DNA of 64,000 nt from the human T2T-CHM13v2.0 reference genome, Homo sapiens. The notes under the pieces are model-generated. The model did not search any database, had not been told where the DNA came from, and worked only from the letters and a program-made list of their open reading frames with translations. The stretch lies in assembly GCF_009914755.1 (NCBI RefSeq), contig NC_060937.1; one strand, written 5' to 3'. Made by a program: the position numbers and the translations under genes. Shown one piece after another: positions 1 through 18,499 of this stretch; position 1 is the first letter of the stretch, and the number at the start of each line of letters is the position of its first letter.

Positions 1-1322
1 TGTACATTTTACAAGATTAAGAAGGACGTATAAGGACACTAGTAGAATCAAAAATAGACTTTTTCTTAATGCTGGAAGGGGACTTTCATGTACTCTAATC
101 CCCTAACTGGAAGATGAGTAAATGGAAGCTCACAGAGGCTCAGTCCTCACTCAGAGTCTCACGGCGAGCTTGTGGTACAACAGATGCAAAACCCGTCTCC
201 ACCAGTGCCTTGCTTACATGATATGCTGTCTTTTGGTGCAAGTGATTTATTTAATAAATGCATTTTATTAAAGAAGCTTTAAAAAGCAGGGTGTGGAGAA
301 AAGTTTAGTTACATAAATGAGTATATTCTTTGTGCAAAAATTTGAAATATTACCATTGAAACTCAGATTTGCTGTAGTGACCCTCAATCCCATTTTTCTC
401 GTTCCCTAATTACCGGCTGTTTTAGTTTGGTTTAGTCTGTCCTTCCAGACTGTTCTGCGTGTCTTTCTATGTAGTCAAAAATATTGCCTTTTTTTTTTTT
501 AAGTTGAGGTTTTGAGTGCCTTTTATATACACAGCAGTTTATTAATCTCCAGTCTCTTAGGAGGTCCAGTGAGGAAACATCCACATTGTACTGAACTGTT
601 CCTCTTGGTAGCCACCATTATTATGTGCAGGGTTATTCATTTTTACAAAGTGATTTTACGATTTAGTTCATTAGGTTTTTATTCTGTTTCTAGTCCTATG
701 TTGAGTAGAGGACAAAGAAAAAGTCTCTGTCTTTAGGAAGCTTATGCTTGGTATTAATTTTAAAAGTTCTTTTAGGTGTATAATCACAGTTAAAATAAGG
801 CTTTTGTCTGACTCATCTGTAAACACAAAAGTGATGATTTTTAAAGGTTTTCTTTCTTAAGAATTCTTACGTTTGTGTGGATACAACAGGTCAGAAGACA
901 ATACAGATAAAACATTTTTGTGAATTAAGAGATTGTTTCCCGTCCTGTGGGAAGCCACTAGAAAACTTAAGAACTTTGAAAAAAAAACTTTTGTCAATCT
1001 GTTTTTTCTTTTTAAATCCACTATTTTGAGATATTATTGACATACAATAAAGTACACCTATTTTTAAGTGTACAGTTCTGTGGGTTTTAATTAACATGGA
1101 ACCTGGTCTCCTAAACAGAGGAGTAGAATGTTTTCATTGCCTCACAAAGTTCCCTTGGTCCCTTTTCAGTCAGTCACCCCACCCCAGCCCCAGGCAATCA
1201 CTGGTTTGTTTTCTATAACTTTAGGTTAGTTTTGACTCTTCTGGATTCTTATGTAAGCAGAATCATTGAATGTATCTCTTTTTTGAGAGTCTTTTAAAAT
1301 GTTTGTTTTTGTTTGCTTTCAG

Positions 1323-1390
1323 ATCCATCACAAAGCGAAGTCATGGGAGAGCCACACTTGATGGTGGAATATAAACTTGGTTTACTGTAA
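1323..1390 (+). CDS. POMP: Proteasome maturation protein, last coding exon
   Basis: Polypyrimidine tract and cag acceptor end at 1322. Reads (D)PSQSEVMGEPHLMVEYKLGLL-TAA, the POMP C-terminus; a second stop (TAG) follows immediately. Confidence 0.96.
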
Positions 1391-2240
1391 TAGTGTGCTG
1401 TTCATGGAAACCGAGGGCTGCATCTTGTTTATAGTCATCTTTGTACTGTAATTTGATGTACACAACATTAAAAGTACTGACACCTGAGAATTTCTGCTCA
1501 AGTAGTATCAGTGATCATTTAAAATTTGGAGGGGTCTTTGGTTTACAGCCATGTGACAATTAAAAGCACTAAAGGGAGATCATGTTAAAGCTCTTAATTT
1601 ATATTAAAACAGTAGCCTTTGTCTTTAAAAAAGTTGTTGCTCATGAATATTATAAAATGATCTACAGGTTTCAATTCAACCTGTTTCTAGGTTTTTTTGT
1701 AAATTTAGTTTTGATTAAGCATTATAAGCATTTGAGTCTATAAACTTTATAGTAGCATCTTTCAGAATAAACATTTTTAATTGATTTCAGTGGCAACTCT
1801 CAAATTGATTACAATATGAGATATATCAGTGTCGTCCATTAACACTCATAAGAATAATATTTACTGTGTCAGTGCTATTTTAGGATTATAGTTATTGTTT
1901 GATTATTTCAGGTTGAAAAGTAGAAGTTCCAAGGTTTTGATTTTGGTCTGGTCTTTAAGTGAAAAATTAAAGCAACCAGTAGATGTAGGTTAAACTTTTA
2001 CTTCATAGACTTAATATGTAATTAATATATTGCCAAGCAACACTGTTAAAGAAAAGTAAAACTCATTTTTTCTTGTTCTTAATTTATATATTACAAGATA
2101 CTGTAAGGTATTCTTTATGAAGTTGATATATAAAAATTTACATTTTTAGAACATTAGTGAATGGATCATCTTTTACAATTAAAAGTATATTTTGATTATC
2201 AGTTTCTTAGGAACATCTTTGATTAGATAAATTACTGATT
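1391..2240 (+). other. POMP: POMP 3'UTR (end approximate)
   Basis: AU-rich unique sequence after the stop. Candidate poly(A) signals: ATTAAA 1467-1472, AATAAA 1766-1771, ATTAAA about 2178-2183. Confidence 0.7.
1443..1450 (+). promoter_or_regulatory. miR-101-3p 8mer seed site in POMP 3'UTR
   Basis: GTACTGTA is the complement of miR-101 nt 2-8 plus A1; POMP is a reported miR-101 target. Confidence 0.7.
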
Positions 2241-2565
2241 TGAAACATTTGGCAATGTCTAGAGACTTTTTGGAGTTACAACTTTGGGGTTGGGCTGCTA
2301 CTGGCATCTAGTGGGTAGAAGCCAGGAATACAGCTAAAGATCCTAAAATGCACGGAACATCAGCATCAATTTATGGTCTTGTAACTAGTTGAAGACACTA
2401 AAGGGAAATGAATTTAAAACTCACAATTTATATTTGTACAGTAGCATTCTATGTCTTTAAAAAACTTACTTATGAACATTCTAAAACCATCTACATACAG
2501 TTTGCACTCTGCAACCAAGATCATTTGGTTCAAAATGTCAGTAGTTGCTAAAGTTGACAAACCTT
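2236..2565 (+). mobile_element. MER20-like hAT DNA transposon fossil, interrupted by about 150 bp
   Basis: catttggcaatgtctagagac...gctactggcatctagtgggtaga...aaaatgtcagtagt resembles the MER20 consensus. Confidence 0.65.
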
Positions 2566-2587
2566 GAGAAAAGTCAAGTACACTTAA

Positions 2588-2884
<297 letters not shown>

Positions 2885-3444
2885 TAGATATCTTGCTCTT
2901 ACCTATTGAGATTAAGTTTAGAATCGTCTTTGCTAATACAGTGTTCTCCAGCCCACTTTACACTTAAATAATAAGAAAATGTAGAAATAATAAAGATTCA
3001 CTAATTGCTTCTACATATATTCTCCTTAATTAAGGAAGTTGGAGATTTCTTCTGTACCTTAAACCTAGGAATAATAGATAACCCTTCCTGACCAGTAGAG
3101 GGTACTGTGTTTAAGAGTGTAGTTTAAATGGAAAATGTGAGGCTTTAATATAGAACTTGGTAATCACAAATAACACTTTCTGATGGTCTTTTTGCCTCCT
3201 CTCTCCTCTTTTAACCTTTGTGTTACCAGTGGCCCTCACCCCTGGATGCTTATAGGAATCAGCTGGGAATCTTGAAGAAATTTTAGTGTCAGTATTTTAA
3301 TCTCATAAATTCCAGTAGGACTAGTCTGAAATGGATCCCAGGAAGTATATTTTTTGAAAGCTCTCCACGTTGAGAACCTTTTATATGCTTTATTCCCTTT
3401 CTTTGCTTGCTCTGCCTTTGTGTTAGTGACAATTGCCAATTGCA

Positions 3445-3860
3445 ATTCCCAGGTTGTGACCTGTGCTTCTGACCGACTGGTTGCAAATTGGGGTTCCCAC
3501 TTTCCCTCTCCTTGGGTTTCATAATTTGCTAGGGCAGCTCATAGAACTCAGGGGAACACTTTACTTACATTTATCTATTTATTATAAAAGATATTGCAAG
3601 GGCTACAGATGAACAGCCAGATGGAGGTGATGCATAGGGCAAGGTAAGGGGGAAGGTGCTAGGAGCTTCTATGCCCTCTCCTGGCACACCACCCTCCGGA
3701 CACCTCCACGTGTTTACCAACCTGAAAGTTCAGGGGTTTTGATAGAAGCCTCATCTTGTAGGTATGATCAATTATGAACTTACTCTCCAATCCCTCTCCC
3801 CTTCCTAGACGATGAGGTTGGTTGAATGGGGCTGTAGATTCCAAGCTTCTAGTCATGATA
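3445..3860. mobile_element. MER21-like LTR fragment
   Basis: ctgtgcttctgaccgactgg...ggggttcccac...gaactcaggggaacactttactta, typical of the MER21 group. Confidence 0.55.
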
Positions 3861-4179
3861 TCACAGTCCTTGATTAAAATTTATTAATACTAAAAAGCAT
3901 ACCTAATGGCACAATCTAATTTTATATTAAGCCTTTTAATATATATGAGAACAAAGGAGTTGGTGGCTATTACCATCTGGAAGTGTTGGGGATTTGGTGT
4001 ATAATTGAACACGCACACCACGGGATGGCTCTTGCACTAAACACAACTTTTCACTCTACAGAATGTAAATAACAGGCTTATTACTTTTTCTTAATTTTGC
4101 CCTTTACCATGGGTGTTATCCCTTTTTCTGGAGGACAGGGAATACATCTCAGTGCTCTTCTACATTGTGTTATTCCTTT

Positions 4180-4355
4180 GTTTATTTTATTTTTTAGAGA
4201 TGAGGTCTTGCTATGTTTCCCAGGCTGGAGTGCAGTGGGTATTCACAGGCATGATTATAGCTCACCAAAGCCTCGAACTCCTGGGCTCAAGTGATCCTCC
4301 TGCCTTACCTTCCTGAGTGGCTGGGACTACAGGTGTACGCCACCATGCCCCCAGC
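4180..4355 (-). mobile_element. FAM (fossil Alu monomer)
   Basis: Monomer retains the 7SL-type segment 'tattcacaggcatgat' that dimeric Alus lack. Confidence 0.75.
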
Positions 4356-4716
4356 TTGTTATTTCTTTGAATGCAGACATTCAAGAATGAGAAAAACGAT
4401 CTGAACAAGTGCTTTTGAAAAATGGAAGAACTATGTGAAATATAATTCTTTCATTGGATTCTACAGTTGGATAAATGTGTTTATTCAAACACATGAAATA
4501 TAAGTTAAATATAAGTTAAAATCAACTCATCTCTTCAGAAGTGTGGCCAGAGTCAAATTTAACCAAATTTTGACCTGCTGTTTCAATAAAACAAAAAATG
4601 CTGTGACACTTTGTTGGACTTACTTTCCTCATGACTTCAAAATTGAAATTCAATTTCCTTCATATACAAGAAATGCTTCATTAAGAACCTATACTTAATA
4701 TGTTATAGATCTTTAA

Positions 4717-4938
<222 letters not shown>

Positions 4939-4944
4939 TAAAAC

Positions 4945-5236
4945 TTTTTTTTTTTTTGAGACAGAGTCTCGCTCTGTCGCCCAGGCTGGAGTGCAGTGGC
5001 GTGATCTCGGCTCACTCAACCTCCGCCTCCCGGGTTCAAGCGATTCTCCTGCCTCAGCCTCCTGAGCAGCTGGGATTACAGGCACCTGCCACCACGCCTG
5101 GCTAATTTTTGTATTTTTAGTAGAGACGGGGTTTCACCATGTTGGTTAGGCTGGTCTCTAACTCCTAACCTCATGATCCGCCCGCCTCTGCCTTCCAAAG
5201 TGCTGGGATTACAGGTGTGAGCCACAGTGCCCAGCC
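4945..5236 (-). mobile_element. Alu (AluS-like) with TSD gactttaaaa
   Basis: Full dimer with poly-T and a flanking direct repeat. Confidence 0.92.
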
Positions 5237-6437
5237 GACTTTAAAAACTTTAAAGATGAAAAATTAAGTTTTGAAAGTTTAGGATTTGCTTCCAGATTTG
5301 GAAGTTACTTCTGGAGCCAGTAGACCTGTTTTGTCAGCTGTACTTTGCTTTTTGCTGCTTTTCAATGTCTTGGCTTAATGGAGACAGGAAAAAGTTATAT
5401 TGTTCAGCACTGTGACAAAATAGAGGTCACGGAGGATATGGCTTTGGGTCAGTGGAGGATCAGGTAGAATTCTGCTTTGACTTTTGCCACACTTTTGGAG
5501 AGATGAATTGATTTTAACTCAATACTTTTGTATTTTTAAAATTTCAAAATGAGAGAAAATCTAGAAGAATAATAACAAAAGCACCCATATAACCTTCATG
5601 TCTCTAACATATTGTCTTATTTCCTCGTGAGTAAATTCAGGAGAAACATTTTTGGCAGGACATCCACAGCGGTGGCGATGTCTGCTGCTTACTGCAGCTC
5701 ATCAGGGGTCATACAATGTCAGGGTGTCCCGCTTGCTGGTGATGCCAAGTTTGATCACCTGGTTAATGGGTGATGGCTATCAGAGATCTTTACTGTAAAA
5801 GTACAGTTTTCTTTTTGTAATCAATAAGTAGTCTGTGAAGCAATAATTTGAGACCTTGTGTATATCCTGTTCCCCAAGAACTTTTCGCTGAGGTTTTAGT
5901 ATCCATGGAAAATCTTTGCCCAAATCATTTATAACATGGTCATGGGGGTCAAAAGAGGGCTACAAAATCGTGGCATTCTTTTTCTACTTGTTTTGGCTGA
6001 CAAGTTGTAAAGCAGAGTTTCCCCACATCTCTCTTCCTCTCCTCAAGTGTCCTTATGCACTCATGGATTCTTCTTAAATGCTTTAGAGTCTATTTCTACA
6101 CAGTACCCTTTTGATGGCCTAAACCTAACCATTTTATTGAGCAGGACTTCAATTTGAAAATGACTGATGTCAAAATGTTAAATTTAATTTTAGCATTTTT
6201 CATTGTTATTTCAGAGTATCAAATATAATTTGAGATATTTTTGTTATCATAATCATAGATATTACGGCCAAAGAAATACCATGTTGGCCATAAGGGGAAC
6301 AACTGCTGACCCTAACACTACCAATGTTCTGCCCATCACAGCATGAGCAAGTCGAGAGTGAGATCGGGAGTGGTGGTTCTTGCTCCATTCTGTGTGGTAG
6401 CTTTGAAGTAGGCACTAGGGTATGAAAATTTAAGAGA

Positions 6438-6753
6438 GGCTGGGCACGGTGGCTCACGCCTGTAATCCCAGCACTTTGGGAGGTCGAGGCAGGCAGATCG
6501 GGAGTTCAAGACCAGCCTGACCAACATGGCGAAACTCTGTCTTTACTAAAAATACAAAATTAGCTGGGCATGGTGGCGCACTGTAATCCCAGCTACTTGT
6601 GAGGCCGAGGCTGGAGAATTGTTTGAACCTGGAGCAGGCTAAGAAAGAAACCAGGAAGCAAAACAGCAGAGGGAGGCAGAGGTTGCAGTGAGCCTAGATT
6701 GCGCCACTGCACTCCAGCCTGGGCAACAAGAGTGAAACTCCGTCTCAAAAAAA

Positions 6754-6784
<31 letters not shown>

Positions 6785-6785
6785 A
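6438..6785 (+). mobile_element. Alu with 40-bp internal insertion and (AAAT)n tail
   Basis: TSD aaaatttaagaga at 6425-6437 and 6783-6795. Confidence 0.92.
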
Positions 6786-7384
6786 ATTTAAGAGAAGATA
6801 AGATGGAGGAAACTGATAAGGCACAAGGAGTGGTGCACATTTGTTCTTCTTAAACTTTTTACTATGGAAGTTTTTAAATATCCAGAAGTAGAAAAATACA
6901 ACATAATCCCATGTCCCCATCATCTGTCTTCAATAATAATCATGTTTCATCTATATTTTACACCCATTGTTCCCCTCAATATTGCCTTAAAAGAAATTCT
7001 AGACATCTCATGTGTAAATATTTCAGTTTATAACACTAGCATAACCATAAAACTATTAACAGTAATTCCTGACAAATACCCATCGTTCAAATTCCTAATG
7101 GTCCAATAAGTGTCATATATAAATTGTGCCAATTGTCCAAATATATGGGTTCCACCTCCATCTCATTTTTCTTTGTCTTGCTAGTTGTTGAAAAAACCAA
7201 GTTGGTTGCTCTATAGTTTCCCACAGTCTAGATTTCACTGTCTGCCTGTTTGTGATAGTCTAACATGTTGTTTTCTTTCCTTAGTATTGCCTATAAACTG
7301 CTAGTTGAATCTACAATCTTGATAAGGTTCAGGTTCATTATTTTTGAAATAGTCACTTCATAGGTGATGTGTTCTTCCATAAAT

Positions 7385-8818
7385 CTGCCTGCAGATAGTA
7401 GCTACCCACTCCAGGTCTCCCGCCCCTGCAGGCTTGGGAGTGCCTGCTCCTGCTGCCTGGCCTCTTGCTGCTCCCAGCACCTGCTCCAATTTCTGAGCAA
7501 AGTTGAGGCTGAACCTGGGTACTGTCACAACTCGGCCGGGTGTGCATGCTCAGGGTGGCAATGACATCCCACCCCCCTGCCACCTAGGCCCCCTCCAGAC
7601 TTTGGGTGCCGACAAACGTGAGAGGGAGGCCAAGGTGGTGCTGAGGGTGGCTTGGCATGGGCCTGCAGGTGGCCCTCCGCACAAACAGCCTGGGCACCAT
7701 GGATGACATGACTTACAGCAGCAGGACGCAGACAGGCTCCTGGGCAGAAAGGGGCGTGTCTCCAGTGAAGCCACACCTTCAAGTCAGGGATGGCCTGAAG
7801 CGTGGGGGCTGGGCTGTCAGTTCTGTGAGGAGTCTGCAGCCTGGATGGAGTAAGAACTTAATGGTGCTTTTTCTGGGCCGGCCCATGGCTGCCCATGGAC
7901 CAATCAGCACACACTTTCTCCCTTCTGAAGCCCAGAAAAGCACTGGGTTCAGCCAGACTTGCAGAGGTGTAGGGACTACCTGCCTGCGGATAGGAACTAC
8001 CAACTCTATATCTCCTCTCTGCTGAGGGCTGCACAGACATCGGGATAACCTGCCTGCAGATAGTGGCTACCCACTCCAGGTCTCCTCTCCATTGAGAGCT
8101 GCACTCATCCAGATGACCTGCCCGTGGAAAGGAGCTACTCACTTCGTGTTTCCTGAGAGCTGTACTGTCACTCAGTAAAGCACCTCTTTGCCTTGCTCAC
8201 CTGCCAGTTGTCCACGTACCTCATTCTTTCTGGACATGGAACAAGAACTTGGGACCTGACAAATGGCAGAACTGAAAGATCTATAACACAAACAGGGCTG
8301 AAACACACCCCCCAACCCACTGGCCATGTTGTGAGAAGGAGAAGGAGAGAAGAGCTGTGGCCCTCTGGGAAGCCCAGACCTAAGAGCTCCCCGAGCCAGG
8401 GCTGTGATACCCTCTTTGGAACCCTGTGGTTCCTGGCATCTCCAAGCTTCCAGATGCCACCACATTTCTTGGATCCTGCAGTGGAAGCTACTTGCGGTAC
8501 GCCTGGTCCAGCCACAGCCTCGCACAGAGCCAGTGCCTGTGCGGGTGCCTGGAGCTGTCTGCCCCGCCACAGCAGCCAGTGTGCCTGCCTGTGCACAGTG
8601 GCCAGACCCCGTGCTCGCTCACTCACACACCCCTTGCCACACTGTGCCTGGCTTGCCCTTGGCAGGAATGGGATCTGGGCTGGTGGCACAAGCCAAGCGC
8701 AGCCTGCCAGGCCGAGTGGGCAGAATGAGCCCAGTGGGCCCAAACAAAACTCCCGCAAAGGCGCCACAGCCACAGAGGCTTCCAGCTGGAAAAGCGACAC
8801 CCTAAGGATCCTGTGACA
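7385..8818 (+). mobile_element. ERV1 LTR of the MER52/LTR1/LTR27 group, 5'-truncated
   Basis: GC-rich; repeated agctacccactccaggtctcc units; AGTAAA signal near 8174; ends ...aaaagcgacaccctaaggatcctgtgaca. Confidence 0.75.
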
Positions 8819-11354
8819 GTATAATTTGAAGTCCGGTAACTTTATGCCTCCAGATTTGTTCTGTTTGCTTGATATTGTTTTGGCCATGTGGGCTCTTTTT
8901 TGGTTCCATATGAATTTTAGGATTGTTTTTTCTAGTTCTGTGAAAAATGATGATGGTATTTTGATGGGAATTGCATTGAATCTGTAGATTGCTTTGGGTG
9001 GTATGGTCATTTTCACAATACTGATTTTTCCCATCCATGAGCATGGGTCATATTTCCATTTGTTTGTGTCATCTGTGATTTCTTTCCGCAGTGTTTTGTG
9101 GTTTTCCTTGTAGAGCTCTTTCACCTCCTTGGTTAAGTAGAGTCCTAGGTTGTTTGTTTGTTTGTTTTTTGCAGCTTTTATAAAAGGGATTGAGTTCTTG
9201 ATTTGATCCTCAGCATGGTCATTGTTGGTGTATATCAGTGCTACTGATTTGTGTATGTTGATTTTGTAACCTGAGACTTTACTGAATTCATTTATCAGAC
9301 GTAGGAGCCTTTTGGATGAGTCTTTAGGGTTTTCTAGGTATACAGTCATATCATCAGTGAATAGCGACAGTTCGACTTCCTCTTTTCCAAATTGGATGCC
9401 CTTTATTTCTTCCTCTTGCCTAATTGCTCTGGCTAGAACTTCTAGAACTATGTTGAGGAGAAATGGTGAAAGTGGGCATCCTTGTCTTGTTCCAGTTCTC
9501 AGGAGGAATATTTTCAACTTTTCCCCAATCAGAATGATGTTGGCTAGTTGGCTATGGGTTTCCCATATATGGCTTTTATTACTTTGAGGTAAGTCCCTTC
9601 TATGCCTATTTTGTTAAGGGTTTTTATCCTAAAGCGATGCTGGATTTTATCAAATGCTTTTTCTGCATCTATTGAGATGATGATATGATTTTTATTTTTA
9701 ATTCTGTTTATGTGATGTATCACATTTATTGACTTGTGTATGTTAAACCATCCCTGGAGTGAAACTCACTTGATTATGATGTATTATCTTTTGGATGTGC
9801 TGTTGGATTCAGTTAGCTAGTATTTGTTTGAGGATTTTTGCATCTATGTTCATCAGGGATATTGGTTTGTAGATTTCTTTTTTTTTAAATGTCCTTCCCT
9901 GCTATTGGTATTAGGGTGATATTGGTGTCATAGAATGATTTACGAAGGATTCCCTCTTTCTCATCATTTGGAATAGTTTCAGTAGGATTGGTACCAATTT
10001 GAATGTCTAGTAGAATTCAGCTATGAATCCATCTGGTCGTGTACTTTTTTCATTGGCAATTTTTAAATAAATGATTCCATTTTGCTGCTTGTTATTGGTA
10101 TGTTCAGGGCTTCTGTTTCTTTCTGATTTAATCTAAGAGGGTTATATGTTTCCAGGAATTTATCCATTTCCTCTAGATTTTCTAGGTTGTGCACATAAAG
10201 GTGTTCATAGTAGCCTTGAATGATCATTTGTATTTCAGAGGTCAGTTGTAATATTTCCAGTTTCATTTCTAATTGAGCTTATTTGGACCTCTCTCTTCTT
10301 AATCTCACTAATGATCTATCGATTTTGTGTATCTTTTTAAAGAATCAGCTTTTTTGTTTCATTTATCTTTTGTATTTTTTTTGTTTCAATTTCATTTAGT
10401 TCCGCCCCGACCTTTGTTATTTCTTTTCTTCTGTTGGCTTTGGGTTTAGTTTGTTCTTGTTTCCCTAGTTCCTTGAGGTGTGACATTAGATTGTCGGTTT
10501 GTTCTCTTTCAGACTTTTTGATGTAGGTATTTAATGCTATGAGTTTTCCTCTTAGCACTGCTTTTGCTATATCCCAGAGGTTTTGATAACTTGTGTCACT
10601 ATTATCATTTATTTCAAAGAATTTTTAAATTTTCAACTTGATTTCATTGTTAACCAAAAAATCATTCAAGAGCAGATTATTTAATTTCCATGTATCTATA
10701 TAGTTTTGGAGTTGATTTCCAGTTTTATTCCACTCTGATCTGAGAAGATACTTGATACAATTTCAATTTTCTTAAATTTATTGAGACTTGTTTTGTGGCC
10801 TGTTATATGGTCTATCTTGGAGGATGTTCCGTGTGCCTATGAGAAGAATGTATACTCTATAGTTGTTGAGAATGTTCTGTAAATAGCTGTTAAGTCCATT
10901 TGTTCTAGGGTATAGTTTAAGTCTGTTGTTTCTTTGTTGGCTTTGTCTTGATGATCTCTCTAGTGCTTTCGGTGGAGTATTAAGTCCCCCACTATTATTG
11001 TGTTGCTGTCTATCTCATCTCTTAGGTCTAGTAGGAATTGTTTTATAAATCTGGGAGTTCCAGTGTTAGGTAAATATAAATCCAGGATTGTAGTGTCTTC
11101 TTGTTGGACTGATTCTTTTATCATTACATAATGTCCTTATTTGTCTTTTTTTACTGTGGTTGCTTTAAAGTCTGTTTTGTCTTATATAAGAGTAGCTACT
11201 CCTGCTCACTTTTGATTGCCATTTGTGTGGAATATCTTTTTCCACACCTTTACCTTGAGTTTATGAGTCCTTATCTGTCAGGTGAGGCTCTAGAAGACAT
11301 CAAATATTTGGTTGGTGTATTTTTTTAAATTAATTCTCTGATTTTGTATCTTTT
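8819..11354 (-). mobile_element. Older L1 (old L1PA/L1PB-type) ORF2 fragment, left part
   Basis: Degenerate ORF2 peptides ([26 protein letters not shown]). The element continues at 17652 after the nested L1. Confidence 0.9.
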
Positions 11355-17640
<6,286 letters not shown>

Positions 17641-17651
17641 GTGTATCTTTT

Positions 17652-17951
17652 AAGTGGAGCATTTAGGCCATTTACATTCAATGTTAATATTGGGATGTGA
17701 GGTACTATTCTATTTATCATATTAGTTGTTACATAGATACTTTGTTTTTTTCACTGTGTTACTGCTTTATAGACCCTGTGATGCTTTCAGCAGGTTCCAT
17801 TTTGGTACATACCAAGTTTTGTTTCAAGATTTAGAACTCCTTTAGCATTCCTTGTAGTGCTGATTTGGTAGTGGCAAATTCCCTCAGCATTTGCTTGTCA
17901 GGAAAAGACTATTTCTCCTTCATTTATGAAGCTTAGTTTTGCTGGATACAG
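17652..17951 (-). mobile_element. Older L1, continuation (ORF2 start / ORF1 end)
   Basis: aagtggagcatttaggccatttacattcaatg resumes the sequence interrupted at 11354. Confidence 0.85.
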
Positions 17952-18199
17952 AAATTAAAAAAAAGAAATTCAGGTGTGTGATGGAATAGACTTTTTTTTT
18001 TGACTCAACACCACTTAATGAAGGAATAGATTTTGAATGTGCTTTTAGAATATTGTATAATATCCTTATGTAAGATAATTCTAGACTCAAATATTTCAAG
18101 GAGCTGGATGTGGCTTAATACTTTGTAAAATTGGATTCACCACAGGCACACACTAAGTGAAATGGAGATGCCAGAAGTCCTTGACATAGAGTAGAGCAT

Positions 18200-18385
18200 C
18201 AGTTCTCAAGCTTTTGTGTGCACCAGAATCATAGGAGGGCTTTTAAAAACACAGATTGCTGAACCCCACTCCTAGAGTTTGTGATTCAGAAAGGTTGAGT
18301 TGAAGCCTGAGAATTTGCATTTCTAACAAGTTTGTAGGTTATGGTAATGCTACTAAACTAAGGACCATATTTTGAAAGTCACTAG
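18200..18385. mobile_element. MER5A-like DNA transposon fossil
   Basis: ttctcaagctt...cagaatca...tttgcatttctaacaag. Confidence 0.65.
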
Positions 18386-18499
18386 TATAGAAGAAAGAAA
18401 TCAAATAACTTTGAGGGACAAGAATGTTGGAGTGCTTTGCCTACGTAAATCCCCTCTTCATTTGCTACCTGTCTTTCCCAAAAGGGTCAATATAATCTT

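Noticed and set aside
4496-4520. aaatataagtt tandem repeat
   Set aside because: Two copies of an AT-rich 11-mer; ordinary slippage.
7353-8816. Dense overlapping ORFs on both strands
   Set aside because: A GC-rich LTR has few stop codons; no recognisable protein.
8168-9517. 449-aa ORF
   Set aside because: Chance fusion of a degenerate L1 ORF2 RT fragment (FADD changed to FTDD) with antisense GC-rich LTR sequence; no promoter or splice support.
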